Source: Elusimicrobiota bacterium | Lineage (GTDB): Bacteria; Elusimicrobiota; Elusimicrobia; JACQPE01 | NCBI GenBank assembly: GCA_016205025.1 | Contig: JACQJO010000002.1 | Coordinates: forward strand, 17,154-81,153 | Reading direction: 5' to 3' | DNA length: 64,000 nucleotides | Part shown: positions 53,757 to 63,382 of the stretch, piece by piece | Layout: each line of letters begins with the position of its first letter | How positions within the stretch are numbered: position 1 is the stretch's first letter | The notes under the pieces: model-generated | The model's input: the letters and a program-made list of their open reading frames with translations, nothing else | Databases searched by the model: none | What the model was told of the DNA's origin: nothing | Translations under genes and position numbers: made by a program

Positions 53757-55259
53757 ATGTCTTTAACTATTGATTGCCTTGACCGGTCCCGTTTTAAGGG
53801 AGAAAAAGATTCCCTGGTTCTTTTTGCCTGGGAACCCGAACGGCTGGACGCCGAAGGATGGCTTGACGCGCGCAAAGAAAAAGGGCTTGAAGAAATCGCC
53901 CAGCGCGAAAATTTCAAGGGAAAACCCGCCGAAATCTTGATCCACTATCCGGAAAAAGGCGAACCCGTGACGCGCCTGGTGGTGGCAGGATTGGGCCGCA
54001 AGAAAGAGGCCAAGGCCGATTCTTTCCGCGACGCGGTCGCCGCCGCAATCAAAGCGTCCTTGAAACAAACGGATGCCATTTGGGTGGATATTCCCCGCTG
54101 GCCTGAAAAAATTTCTTTAACCATTTTGGCGCAAGCAGCCGCCGAGGGCGCGATTTTAGCCAGTTATCGCTATGCCAAGCACAAATCCAGCGACGCGGAC
54201 AAGAAAGACATTCTCAAAAAAGTCACCCTAGTTGTTGAAAAACCGGAAGAGGTGGAAGCCGTTAAAACCGGAATTAAAAAAGGCCAAATTTTAGCCGAAG
54301 CCGTCAACTTCACGCGCGATCTGGTCAATGAACCGCCCAGCCGCAAGCGCCCCCTGGACCTGGCCAAAACAGCCAAGTCGCTCGGCTCCAAACAGATCAG
54401 CGTGCGTATCTACACCAAAGCGGAACTGCAAAAAATGGGGATGAACGCCGTCCTGGGAGTCAATGCCGGCTCGGTCAATGAACCGGTCTTCGTTCACGCT
54501 GTTTACAAACCAAAAAATAACCCCAAGAAAAAAATAGGTCTGGTAGGCAAAGGAATCACTTTTGATTCAGGCGGCTTAAACATCAAAACGCCCTACAACC
54601 ACATGCTCACCATGAAAATGGACATGGCAGGCGGCGCTACGGTTTTAGCCTGCCTTAAAGCGGCCGAAAAGCTCGAACTGCCCGTTGAGGTGCAGGCTTT
54701 CGCGCCCTTCACGGAAAATATGCCGGGCAACAACGCCTATAAGCCCGGCGACGTGATCCAAGCTTATAACGGTAAAACAATCGAGATTTTAAACACCGAT
54801 GCCGAAGGCCGCGTGGTTTTAGCCGACGCCCTAGCCTTCGCCTCTAAACAGAAACTCGATGCCATCGTTGATGTCGCCACTTTAACCGGAGCCGTGCTGG
54901 TCGCGCTGGGAGACAAAATCACCGGCTTGCTGGCCAACAACGAAAAACTGGCCCAGGAACTGATTGCGGCCTCGAAAATTTCTGGTGAAAAAATTTGGCA
55001 GCTTCCCTTGGCCCAGGAATATAAAGACCGCATCCGCGGCAAGGTGGGCGATTGGGCCAATATTTCGACCCGGGGCGCTACCGAACCGGGCACCATTATC
55101 GGCGGACTGTTTTTGGAAGAGTTTGTGGACTCGGCGCCCTGGGCGCACCTTGACGTCGCGGGCACCGCCTGGACCGATACGGACATCCCCACCTGCCCGC
55201 CGGGGGGAACCGGCGCCATCGTAAGAACCCTGCTGGAATATCTGTCCAACGCAAATTAA
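53757..55259 (+). CDS. pepA: Leucyl aminopeptidase (M17)
   Basis: VGKGITFDSGG and NTDAEGRVVLADAL signatures. GGAGGA Shine-Dalgarno. Confidence 0.9.
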   Translation: MSLTIDCLDRSRFKGEKDSLVLFAWEPERLDAEGWLDARKEKGLEEIAQRENFKGKPAEILIHYPEKGEPVTRLVVAGLGRKKEAKADSFRDAVAAAIKASLKQTDAIWVDIPRWPEKISLTILAQAAAEGAILASYRYAKHKSSDADKKDILKKVTLVVEKPEEVEAVKTGIKKGQILAEAVNFTRDLVNEPPSRKRPLDLAKTAKSLGSKQISVRIYTKAELQKMGMNAVLGVNAGSVNEPVFVHAVYKPKNNPKKKIGLVGKGITFDSGGLNIKTPYNHMLTMKMDMAGGATVLACLKAAEKLELPVEVQAFAPFTENMPGNNAYKPGDVIQAYNGKTIEILNTDAEGRVVLADALAFASKQKLDAIVDVATLTGAVLVALGDKITGLLANNEKLAQELIAASKISGEKIWQLPLAQEYKDRIRGKVGDWANISTRGATEPGTIIGGLFLEEFVDSAPWAHLDVAGTAWTDTDIPTCPPGGTGAIVRTLLEYLSNAN

Positions 55260-55265
55260 AAAGTA

Positions 55266-56252
55266 ATGATTTTTTCTCCTGCTCACCCCTCACCCCTCAC
55301 CCCTCACCCCTCCAAGAAGCTTTTCATTGTTGCTCCCCGCGGCTGGTGCGCCGGGGTGGAGCGCGCCATCGAAATTCTAGACGTGGCTCTAACAAACTTT
55401 CCGCCGCCTATCTATGTGCGCAAAGAAATTGTGCACAATAAAATAGTCGTTGAAGCCTACAGAAAAAAAGGCGTCGTTTTTATCGATGAACTGGGTCAAG
55501 TTCCGGATCATCAAACCGTTATTTTTTCGGCTCACGGCATTTCTCCGCAGGTGCACGAAGCCGCCGAAAAACGCGGCTTAAACGCCATTGACGCCACCTG
55601 TCCGCTGGTCACCAAAGTCCATAGCGAAGTTTTACGGTTTGTAAAAAACGGTTATAAAATATTTTATATCGGGCACAAAAATCATGAGGAAGCCGTCGGG
55701 GTTTTAGGCGAAGCCCCCGAACATATCCGCATCGTCGAAACCGAAGAAGAGGCTCAAAAAATCCCAGTCGCTTCCGGAAAAATCGTTGTCCTGACTCAAA
55801 CCACGCTTTCTGTGGATGACACCCAAAAAATTATCGATGTTTTAAAAACGCGCATGCCGCAGTTGCAAACAGCCGCCAAGGAAGACATCTGCTACGCCAC
55901 ATCGAACCGGCAAGCCGCCGTCAAACTGCTTGCCGCGGCTTACCAGCCCGAACTTATTTACGTGATCGGGTCGGCCAATAGCTCGAATTCCAACCGGCTC
56001 TGCGAAGTGGCCGAAAGCCTGGGGATCAAAGCGCGCCTGATTGACGGCGCGGCCGACATCCGCCAAGAGGACTGGGTGGGAAAAACAAGCCTCGGGTTGA
56101 CCGCCGGAGCCAGCGCGCCCGAAAGCTTAGTTCAGGACGTGGCGCTCTATTTTAAGGACAAGGGATACAACGTCGAAGAAACAATTTTTGAAAGAGAAGA
56201 CGTTAATTTCGCTCTTCCCAAAAATTTGGTTGAATTAGCGGTCAATGTCTAG
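55266..56252 (+). CDS. ispH: 4-hydroxy-3-methylbut-2-enyl diphosphate reductase
   Basis: [22 protein letters not shown] and ICYATSNRQ contain the three cluster cysteines. ATG 55266 is the only start upstream of the conserved core. Confidence 0.9.
   Translation: MIFSPAHPSPLTPHPSKKLFIVAPRGWCAGVERAIEILDVALTNFPPPIYVRKEIVHNKIVVEAYRKKGVVFIDELGQVPDHQTVIFSAHGISPQVHEAAEKRGLNAIDATCPLVTKVHSEVLRFVKNGYKIFYIGHKNHEEAVGVLGEAPEHIRIVETEEEAQKIPVASGKIVVLTQTTLSVDDTQKIIDVLKTRMPQLQTAAKEDICYATSNRQAAVKLLAAAYQPELIYVIGSANSSNSNRLCEVAESLGIKARLIDGAADIRQEDWVGKTSLGLTAGASAPESLVQDVALYFKDKGYNVEETIFEREDVNFALPKNLVELAVNV
55283..55312 (+). repeat. Heptanucleotide tandem repeat (TCACCCC) x4 plus a partial unit within the ispH 5' coding extension
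   Basis: Four perfect copies at 55283..55310 followed by tc. Translated as [10 protein letters not shown]. Confidence 0.85.
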
Positions 56253-56829
56253 AACCATGCTGGAAACACAAAAAATTCGCTCTATTCCGGATGTAGCCAG
56301 AGAGCTCCTTGAGTTAATTGGAGAGGACCCCAATCGCCGCGGCGTTAAGAAAACGCCGGAAAGATTCGCCAGGGCGATCTCCGAGTTGGCCGGCGGTTAC
56401 AATCAAGACATCGACGCTCTTATTAATGGCGCCATTTATCCGGCCGAGGGCAATACCGGTCTGGTTTTAGTCAAAGACATCAGCTTTCATTCCCTATGCG
56501 AACACCACCTTCTGCCTTTTAGCGGCAAAGTGAGCGTGGCTTACCTCCCCAATGAAAAAATTATCGGACTTTCCAAGATTCCCAGAATCGTGCAGGTTTT
56601 CAGCCGACGGCTTCAGCTTCAAGAGCGATTGACCAACCAGATTGCTCAAACGGTTGAAGCTAAATTAAATCCTTTGGGCGTCGGGGTTTTAATCAAAGGA
56701 CGGCACATGTGCCTTGAAATGCGCGGCGCCAAGGCCACAGGCTCTGAAATGATCACCAGCGCCTACCTCGGCAAAATCAAGGACTGCCCCACCACCCGCG
56801 CCGAGTTCCTAAATCTAATTAACCGCTAA
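56245..56829 (+). CDS. folE: GTP cyclohydrolase I
   Basis: [12 protein letters not shown] and [14 protein letters not shown] signatures. 8-nt overlap with ispH. Confidence 0.9.
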   Translation: MSRTMLETQKIRSIPDVARELLELIGEDPNRRGVKKTPERFARAISELAGGYNQDIDALINGAIYPAEGNTGLVLVKDISFHSLCEHHLLPFSGKVSVAYLPNEKIIGLSKIPRIVQVFSRRLQLQERLTNQIAQTVEAKLNPLGVGVLIKGRHMCLEMRGAKATGSEMITSAYLGKIKDCPTTRAEFLNLINR

Positions 56830-56968
56830 ATCTCTCTAGAAATCGACAAAAGTCCTAATCCAAACAGGGACCCTGGGCCCTGGCGACACCCCCGATGGAC
56901 GAGTAAGCTCGACTTGCGGCTAAAACCGCGTCAAATTTATCCATATCCGCAAAGCTAAGGGGGCAAAA

Positions 56969-57667
56969 ATGACAAAGTACACCAATCTATTAACGGCCGT
57001 GATTTTTTCAACCAGCGCGAATCCGGGCTGGGCTAAAAATAATCTCGAAGGGTTAAGAATTCCGGTCGTGCAGGCCGTTGAGTCCGAAGGAAAAAAACCG
57101 GGAACTATTGCTCCCAATGAAATTCCCGCCGCTATTGCCGGCAACATCAGATCCATCATGGAGAAAACAATCCGCAAAGGCATCCTTAAAACAGGGGCCG
57201 TTGTATTTGGGATGGACAAGCAGGGCAGAACTGTTAACTCTCGCGTCACGCGCTATGTTCACAGTTTTATCGAGGACACATCGTTGAGTTCCGAATCTCA
57301 ACTGGAAAAAACTGATCTCGGCGTTCTTGATGACGAAAAAATTTTCTTAAAGCAAACCGTCATTCGTTCCCAAGGACCAATCGGGGGCATTATGGAATAT
57401 GCACTGTATTACTTCCTGCCATCGGGACAGCTCGAATCCGTTGGATTGCAACTGCAACTGAAAGATGTGCTCCTGATCTTCTCCTGCTCCTACCCGGCGG
57501 CGCCGGATGAAAGCCGCGCTGAATTTTGCAAAAACCTAAAGGATATAACGCCGCAGCTTTCGCCTAAAAAACCTCTGGTGTACTCGATCAAAGAGAAGCT
57601 TAAGAATCAGCTTGAAGAGCCTCGGCCAGGACCAAAAATACCGTCATCGCCAACGATTAAATCCTAA
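56969..57667 (+). CDS. Hypothetical protein with signal-like N-terminus
   Basis: AAGGGGG Shine-Dalgarno. MTKYTNLLTAVIFSTSANPGWA is hydrophobic at the N-terminus. No recognisable domain. Confidence 0.45.
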   Translation: MTKYTNLLTAVIFSTSANPGWAKNNLEGLRIPVVQAVESEGKKPGTIAPNEIPAAIAGNIRSIMEKTIRKGILKTGAVVFGMDKQGRTVNSRVTRYVHSFIEDTSLSSESQLEKTDLGVLDDEKIFLKQTVIRSQGPIGGIMEYALYYFLPSGQLESVGLQLQLKDVLLIFSCSYPAAPDESRAEFCKNLKDITPQLSPKKPLVYSIKEKLKNQLEEPRPGPKIPSSPTIKS

Positions 57668-57671
57668 CTGT

Positions 57672-58586
57672 CTAATTATTAATTCGGACGTTTCTATACC
57701 TGGCAAATTCAGTCAGGACCATAGCCGTCACAATCAAACCGCCGCCTAAAACGCCTATTAAACGGAATTCCTCCGCGCCCAGCGTCCACGCAAACATAGC
57801 CGCGAATACGGGTTCCAGGGAAAATATGAGGGAAACCTTAAGCGGCGCGATATATTTTTGAGCCGTCATCTGGATAAAAAAGGCGGTCAGGGTGGGGAAA
57901 AGGGCTAAAAAGAGAATAACCCATGCGCCTTTTGCGGAACTAATGCCGAAAGAACTGCCGGAAATGCCGGCCAACGTCAAACAAAAAAGACCGGTCATCC
58001 AAAATTGGTGAAAAGAAAGGCTGGGAATGTCTAAATCCCGGCGGACATACCGGTCCGTCATTAAAAGATGGCTGGCATAAGCCAGGGCCGACAAAATGGT
58101 CAACCCGTCGCCTAAGTTAAACTCCCGGATGCCGCCGGTTAAAATCCAGAGGCCCAAAACAGCCAGGCCAACCGCGGCCCACTGGATCGCCAAAACAGGT
58201 TGGCCAAAAAGGAAGCGTAAAATCAGAGGGACAAACAGCACGAAAAGGCCGGTAATGAAACCGGAATTGGAAGCGCTAGTGTAGCGAAGTCCGATAGTCT
58301 GCGTGATATAAAGCAGCGTCAGCCAAAAAGCCAGCACCGCCGCCTCTTTCAGGATACCCCAACCGGATGGTACCAGGTACCAAATGGACGAAAATGGCCA
58401 TTTGGTACCTGGTACCATCCACGGAGTCAAACATAAGGCCGCCAATAAAAACCTATACCCCACCAAAACGACCGGGTCAACGCTGGAAAGGGCGTCTTTG
58501 ACAAGATAAAAGGTGGCCCCCCAAATCGCGGCGCAGTAAAAAAGACCTAAATAATAAAAACCTACAGGCATGGCAGGGCACATCAT
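57672..58586 (-). CDS. EamA/DMT-superfamily transporter
   Basis: About ten TM segments in two EamA-like halves (YTSASNSGFI, LEPVFAAMFAW). Track ORF extends to 58655 and would overlap the upstream ATPase gene. ATG 58586, 58583 or 58571 is a more plausible start. Confidence 0.7.
   Translation of the reverse strand: MMCPAMPVGFYYLGLFYCAAIWGATFYLVKDALSSVDPVVLVGYRFLLAALCLTPWMVPGTKWPFSSIWYLVPSGWGILKEAAVLAFWLTLLYITQTIGLRYTSASNSGFITGLFVLFVPLILRFLFGQPVLAIQWAAVGLAVLGLWILTGGIREFNLGDGLTILSALAYASHLLMTDRYVRRDLDIPSLSFHQFWMTGLFCLTLAGISGSSFGISSAKGAWVILFLALFPTLTAFFIQMTAQKYIAPLKVSLIFSLEPVFAAMFAWTLGAEEFRLIGVLGGGLIVTAMVLTEFARYRNVRINN
58364..58419. repeat. Perfect 23-bp inverted repeat with 10-nt spacer inside the EamA CDS
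   Basis: ggatggtaccaggtaccaaatgg (58364..58386), acgaaaatgg, ccatttggtacctggtaccatcc (58397..58419). Contains four GGTACC sites. Confidence 0.9.
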
Positions 58587-58620
58587 ATTAAGAAGGGAAG
58601 GCCTACTCTTATACTGTCTT

Positions 58621-59955
58621 TTACAGCATAGCCTTGGTGACGCGCATGACCTCATCCCACGTGGTCACACCCATCGCCACCTTGGCCGCTCCGTCCATCC
58701 AGAGGGTGCGCATGCCGCTCTGAATAGCGGAATTCCGGATCACCTCTCCGGACGATCTGTTTAAGGTATGGTTTCTCAAAGCTTCATTGAAATGCATGAC
58801 TTCAAAAATGCCCAACCGGCCGACGTAACCCCGGCCCCCGCAGTTGGAACAACCCATGGGCTGTTTAAATTGAGCCGTGGGTTGCTGCAAAATTTTATAC
58901 ACCTGATCGGCCTCCTCTTTGGTCATCCAGGGAAGGCTGGCCTGCAACTGCTCCTGCGTGGGAGGATTGGTCGGCTGGGCGCAATGCACGCAAAGCTTTC
59001 TGACCAGCCTCTGCGCGATGGCTCCCAAAATAGACGACGTCATCAAATAGGGCGGCATGCCGACTTCAAACAAGCGCTCGATAACCGCGGTGGCGTTGAT
59101 GGTATGAAGGGTGGTTAAAACCAAGTGACCGGTCAAGCTGGCGCGCATCGCGATTTCGGCGGTGGAAGCATCGCGGATTTCGCCCACCATAATGACATTG
59201 GGGTCTTGCCTTAAGATTACGCGCAGTCCTTCTTCAAAAGTGAACCCGGTTCGCGCGCTGATTTGAGCTTGATTCATGCCGTCTAAACGATACTCCACCG
59301 GATCTTCCAACGTCATAATATTGGTTTCTTTTCTGTTTAAACGCTGCAACATGGCGTAAAGCGTGGTGGTTTTTCCGGAACCCGTGGCGCCGGTAACGAA
59401 AATAATGCCGTAGGTGCTCTGAATCAGCTTGGCCATCAAAGTTAAATCATCCGGCAAAAATCCGACCTGCTCTAATGGAAGACCGATGGCGGCGTGGTCC
59501 ATGACCCTCAAAACTAATTTCTCGCCGTCAACGGTTGGGAAAGAAGAAACGCGAAATTGAACGGGCCGCCCCGTTACGTTCTTCATAAAACGGCCGTCCT
59601 CAACGCGGAAAGGATTGGGGGGGGTGGGATCAAATCCCGCCAAAATCCTGAAACGCACGTTCAAAGGAAAATTGGGATGAGACGGTCCGTGAATGTAATC
59701 TTCAAGCAAGCCGTCAACGCGAAACCGGACCTTCATCTGCTCGCCGTGAAGCTCGATATGGATGTCGGAAGCCCTCTCTTTGATGGCGGAGTCCAAAACG
59801 GAGTCCGCCATCTGAACTACCAGAGCGGAAGAATCCTCGCCCCCCTGGACTACGCGGCCTATGCTGTCGGTGTAATTCTCCTGCAGATTTGAAAAAACCC
59901 TGGGCTGGCCCGGTGTTGCGACCTCATCTTTTTTGGTCTTACCGAAGAATTCCAT
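58621..59955 (-). CDS. GspE/PilB-family secretion/pilus-assembly ATPase (short form)
   Basis: Walker A GATGSGKTTT, IMVGEIRD, GHLVLTTLHT and tetracysteine CVHC...CSNCGGRGY. At 444 aa it lacks the long N-terminal domains of canonical PilB/GspE. Confidence 0.85.
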   Translation of the reverse strand: MEFFGKTKKDEVATPGQPRVFSNLQENYTDSIGRVVQGGEDSSALVVQMADSVLDSAIKERASDIHIELHGEQMKVRFRVDGLLEDYIHGPSHPNFPLNVRFRILAGFDPTPPNPFRVEDGRFMKNVTGRPVQFRVSSFPTVDGEKLVLRVMDHAAIGLPLEQVGFLPDDLTLMAKLIQSTYGIIFVTGATGSGKTTTLYAMLQRLNRKETNIMTLEDPVEYRLDGMNQAQISARTGFTFEEGLRVILRQDPNVIMVGEIRDASTAEIAMRASLTGHLVLTTLHTINATAVIERLFEVGMPPYLMTSSILGAIAQRLVRKLCVHCAQPTNPPTQEQLQASLPWMTKEEADQVYKILQQPTAQFKQPMGCSNCGGRGYVGRLGIFEVMHFNEALRNHTLNRSSGEVIRNSAIQSGMRTLWMDGAAKVAMGVTTWDEVMRVTKAML

Positions 59956-60019
59956 CTTGTCCTCCTTGCGTAATAAGCGTAACCCCGAAAAGGAAGTTTC
60001 GCAAGGACAAGCAAGCTGC

Positions 60020-61984
60020 TTAAAGGGGGGAAGGGCAAAACCGGCAAGAGCCGTACCGGCTCGATTTTGAGCCCAATGGCCTAACGCCGAAACCGACTTT
60101 CTTCAAAATTCGCGTCAAAAGACACAAGGGCAAAGACAACACCTTCACCATGGAAAGAGGGCTGCTTGTATCCGCCTGCCAAAACTCAAGAGCACCGATG
60201 TCCGGCCTTGCCCCGCGGGACACCGGTGTTCCCGAAAAATCAGAAGTGAGCCCCACCTCAATTCCCGCATTTATAGCCGGCGAACCGTGCCGCAAGCCAA
60301 ACGATCCCGCAGCAGCATTGATCAATAAGGGATCTGCGGCCAGCCCATGCCCCTCATTGGCGCCGACAGCCGCCTGGTAAGCGGGGAATTGGCTATTGCT
60401 GTAAAGACTGCCGTTGTAATAAATCGTAAACGCGCTGGGACTCCAGTAAAGGTTGTGATCAAAACTAGCCATAGTAGAAATGCTCACGCTGGCAAAAAAA
60501 GCCAAACCAGCAATGCCATAAAAAATATTATTTTTAATAGTTCCGGTACTGGCATTATCCAGAATCGCGACATTGGGATTGCTAAGGGTAAAATCACCAT
60601 TGTCATAAAAGGTGTTATTGTAAATCTGATAACCTCTGCCAAAAGGCGCGTAATAGCGCAACCCTGCCCAACCACCCGCCAGCTTGGAGTTACTGTAAAC
60701 AAGGTTGTAGTTAACCCTGGCGTCAAAATTGCTTGCGGCCGTGTTGTCATAAAGAAATATGCCGTCTTCGCCGTTGTTATGAATGTCATTTCGTGAAATA
60801 GTGACAGGCCCGCTGTGGCCAGTTACCAAGATTCCGCTTTTTAAATTATCAGCGATCGTGTTATTGTTCACCATTACGTTCTCGATTTGAGTCCCGGATG
60901 TCGCGTTAAAAATCCCAACACCGGTTCCGCCCCTGCTGGACCAGCCCTTTCCCGTGCGCTTGACCGTATTGTTGGCAATGGTGATGTTTCGGATGCTGGA
61001 GTTGGAATAGGCCAGAGGGATACTGACCTCGACCCCCCACATACCATTTAAATCAAAGACATTATTTGAAATGGTCAAATTGTCCATCACAAAATTGGAA
61101 TTATTCATTTGAGGGCTCGCTCCGGTATCAAACATTTCGACAACGCTGGAATTGGTCAATGAGCTGTTCGTTGTTGCATCCTGCCACTCAACACCGTTAC
61201 CCGCCGACAACCCGGCCCCCGGCAGATACCGGCCCCCGCATTGACTCAAAACCACGCTGTTGATATGAATATTATCCACGGAAGCGAACCTCGCGCAGTG
61301 AAATGCCGCACGCTGCAACGTTATATTTTCGATATTGACATAGCTAATTGAGGCAGCTTGAACGCAGTAGTTGCGCGTAGCGATATGAATCGTATGCGTG
61401 TCGGGATCAGCGTCATCTGTTGCCCAAACATACATAATGTTTGTGTTGTAATCGAATGCGAAGGAGCCTGCCGTGGCAGTAGAAAAAGTCGTGGCAACAT
61501 CCGTATTCCAACTTCGGTAAATAAGCGGCGCATTATCCTGGATAACAATGCCGGCCTGCCCTGCCGAAGGTGCAACGCCGGCTTTTCTGTAAATGGCGCC
61601 TGTTTCCAGTATCCAGCCCGTAAAAATGTCACTGCCGTCAATGACAGGATTATTGCCGTTACCGTAAGCGCTGATTGCAATAGGCCGGCCGGCCGTACCC
61701 GAAGAGGGCAAAACCATCTCTTCTTTCCAGGTTTCTCCCCGTTTGAGAAAAATATTGTCACAGGGATTAAAGGTGAACGAATTAAACTTTCCGATGCTTT
61801 TCCAAGCCAGGCCCGCGCTTAAACCGCTGTTAGAATCATTGCCGGAGGTGGCGTCTATATAGTAGCTCGCTCCCAGACCGGTGCAGTCGGCCCAAGCCTT
61901 GCTGATGCCGGCAACCGCTAACAACAAAACGCTAAGTCCAAGAAAAAACCTGAATCTGCGCAGCACTCCAGAATTATTGCACAT
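60020..61984 (-). CDS. Secreted right-handed parallel beta-helix repeat protein (pectate-lyase-fold)
   Basis: Signal peptide RFRFFLGLSVLLLAVAGISKAWA. YYIDATSGNDSNSG start typical of beta-helix proteins. Repeated N/G/I-rich coils (NNTIADN, ISRNDIHNN, IKNNIFYG). Confidence 0.65.
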   Translation of the reverse strand: MCNNSGVLRRFRFFLGLSVLLLAVAGISKAWADCTGLGASYYIDATSGNDSNSGLSAGLAWKSIGKFNSFTFNPCDNIFLKRGETWKEEMVLPSSGTAGRPIAISAYGNGNNPVIDGSDIFTGWILETGAIYRKAGVAPSAGQAGIVIQDNAPLIYRSWNTDVATTFSTATAGSFAFDYNTNIMYVWATDDADPDTHTIHIATRNYCVQAASISYVNIENITLQRAAFHCARFASVDNIHINSVVLSQCGGRYLPGAGLSAGNGVEWQDATTNSSLTNSSVVEMFDTGASPQMNNSNFVMDNLTISNNVFDLNGMWGVEVSIPLAYSNSSIRNITIANNTVKRTGKGWSSRGGTGVGIFNATSGTQIENVMVNNNTIADNLKSGILVTGHSGPVTISRNDIHNNGEDGIFLYDNTAASNFDARVNYNLVYSNSKLAGGWAGLRYYAPFGRGYQIYNNTFYDNGDFTLSNPNVAILDNASTGTIKNNIFYGIAGLAFFASVSISTMASFDHNLYWSPSAFTIYYNGSLYSNSQFPAYQAAVGANEGHGLAADPLLINAAAGSFGLRHGSPAINAGIEVGLTSDFSGTPVSRGARPDIGALEFWQADTSSPLSMVKVLSLPLCLLTRILKKVGFGVRPLGSKSSRYGSCRFCPSPL

Positions 61985-62052
61985 TGACTTTTTGGTCTTT
62001 CAAAAATGGGCCGGCATAAATGGGAAGATCGGCAGTAAAATAAGGAGTTATT

Positions 62053-63030
62053 ATGCGCATTGGCCCGGTTGCTCTAACCTCTCCCTTAAGATTGGCGCCC
62101 ATGGCGGATATCAGCAGCGCGCCTTTTCGCCTCATCGCCAAAGAATGCGGCAGCGCCATGGTTACTTCCGAAGAAATTGACGCCACAGCCCTGATGAGAG
62201 AAAACGAAAGGACCCTGCGGCTGGCTTTTTATCTTGCCGAAGAGCGGCCCATTGCGATGCAGCTTTTAGGCGAAAATCCGGAAAACTTGGCCCAAGCCGC
62301 CAAGAAGCTCGAAAGCGTGGGCGCTGATATCATTGATCTCAACATGGGATGCCCGGTTCCCAAGGTCACCAAGCAAGGCAAGGGCGCCGCTTTAATGCGT
62401 GATCCTTTAAAAGCGGCCGAAATTTTTAAAAGCATCCGGCGGGCGATCCGCATTCCTTTCACCATCAAAATCAGAGGTGGGTGGGACCAAGAACGTTTAA
62501 ATGCCGTTGAGATCGCCAAAATCGCCGAAACCGAGGGCGTTGACGCGGTCACGGTGCACCCGCGAACCCGCTCCCAGCAATTCACCGGCAAAGCGCCCTG
62601 GGATATTATTCGCGATGTCGTTGATGCCGTCAAAATCCCGGTCACCGGAAACGGCGACGTCAAAAACCAGCGGGACGCCCAGAGTATGATGAAAGAAACC
62701 GGCTGCCAATCGGTCATGATCGGACGCGGCGCCCTGGGGCAACCCTGGATTTTTGACCCTAATTTCGAAAGCTTGGGCGAACAAGCCAAAAAAGCTTACA
62801 AATGGCGCGTTATCACCAGGCACCGCGACCTGATGCTCAAATACACCCCAGAACACCAAGTCGCTTTTCAAATCAAAAAGCATCTGGTCTGGTACGCCAA
62901 GGGTTCACCCAACGCCGCCCTGCTAAGGCATCAAATTTTTACGGCTGAAAATTGGGAAACCGCCTGGAAATCTTTTGAACAAGCGTGGAACCGCCCGCTT
63001 AGCGGATTAGTCTTCTTGGGCTCTCTTTGA
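62053..63030 (+). CDS. tRNA-dihydrouridine synthase
   Basis: LAPMADISSAPFRLI, DLNMGCP (catalytic Cys), VHPRTR and MIGRGALGQPWIF. AAGGAG Shine-Dalgarno. Confidence 0.85.
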   Translation: MRIGPVALTSPLRLAPMADISSAPFRLIAKECGSAMVTSEEIDATALMRENERTLRLAFYLAEERPIAMQLLGENPENLAQAAKKLESVGADIIDLNMGCPVPKVTKQGKGAALMRDPLKAAEIFKSIRRAIRIPFTIKIRGGWDQERLNAVEIAKIAETEGVDAVTVHPRTRSQQFTGKAPWDIIRDVVDAVKIPVTGNGDVKNQRDAQSMMKETGCQSVMIGRGALGQPWIFDPNFESLGEQAKKAYKWRVITRHRDLMLKYTPEHQVAFQIKKHLVWYAKGSPNAALLRHQIFTAENWETAWKSFEQAWNRPLSGLVFLGSL

Positions 63031-63175
63031 CCCTAATCCAACCTCTTGCCGATCACCAAAACGATCACCTCCACCGAACAAGACGGGGACCCCCCAGAAC
63101 GGCCAGCTAATTCCAATGCTCCCCCTCTGACCCACCGTTAACATTTGTAGCCTCTGGCATTTTAGGCCTATTTCC

Positions 63176-63181
63176 TATAAT
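63176..63181 (+). promoter_or_regulatory. Consensus -10 hexamer TATAAT 6 nt upstream of ATG 63188 (possible leaderless transcript)
   Basis: tataat-ctattt-atg. No good -35 at 16 to 18 nt and no Shine-Dalgarno. Confidence 0.3.
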
Positions 63182-63187
63182 CTATTT

Positions 63188-63382
63188 ATGAGGACTATTG
63201 AGAAAAAGCCAATGCCCAAGACAGAAAAAAGGCACGCCAAAAAGGTCATGGATCAAATAAATGCTGCCCTTGAAAAAGGGGAAACCAAAATTCTTACCGC
63301 GAAAGAAGTTGAAAAAGCCCTTGAACGCATAAGAAAAACCCGCGAAGACCTCTGGAAAGAACGCCTTGCTTCTCGTCATTGA
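63188..63382 (+). CDS. Small charged protein, putative antitoxin of the downstream PIN toxin
   Basis: 64 aa, overlaps the PIN gene start by 17 nt, which is typical type II TA geometry. No recognisable DNA-binding motif. Confidence 0.4.
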   Translation: MRTIEKKPMPKTEKRHAKKVMDQINAALEKGETKILTAKEVEKALERIRKTREDLWKERLASRH

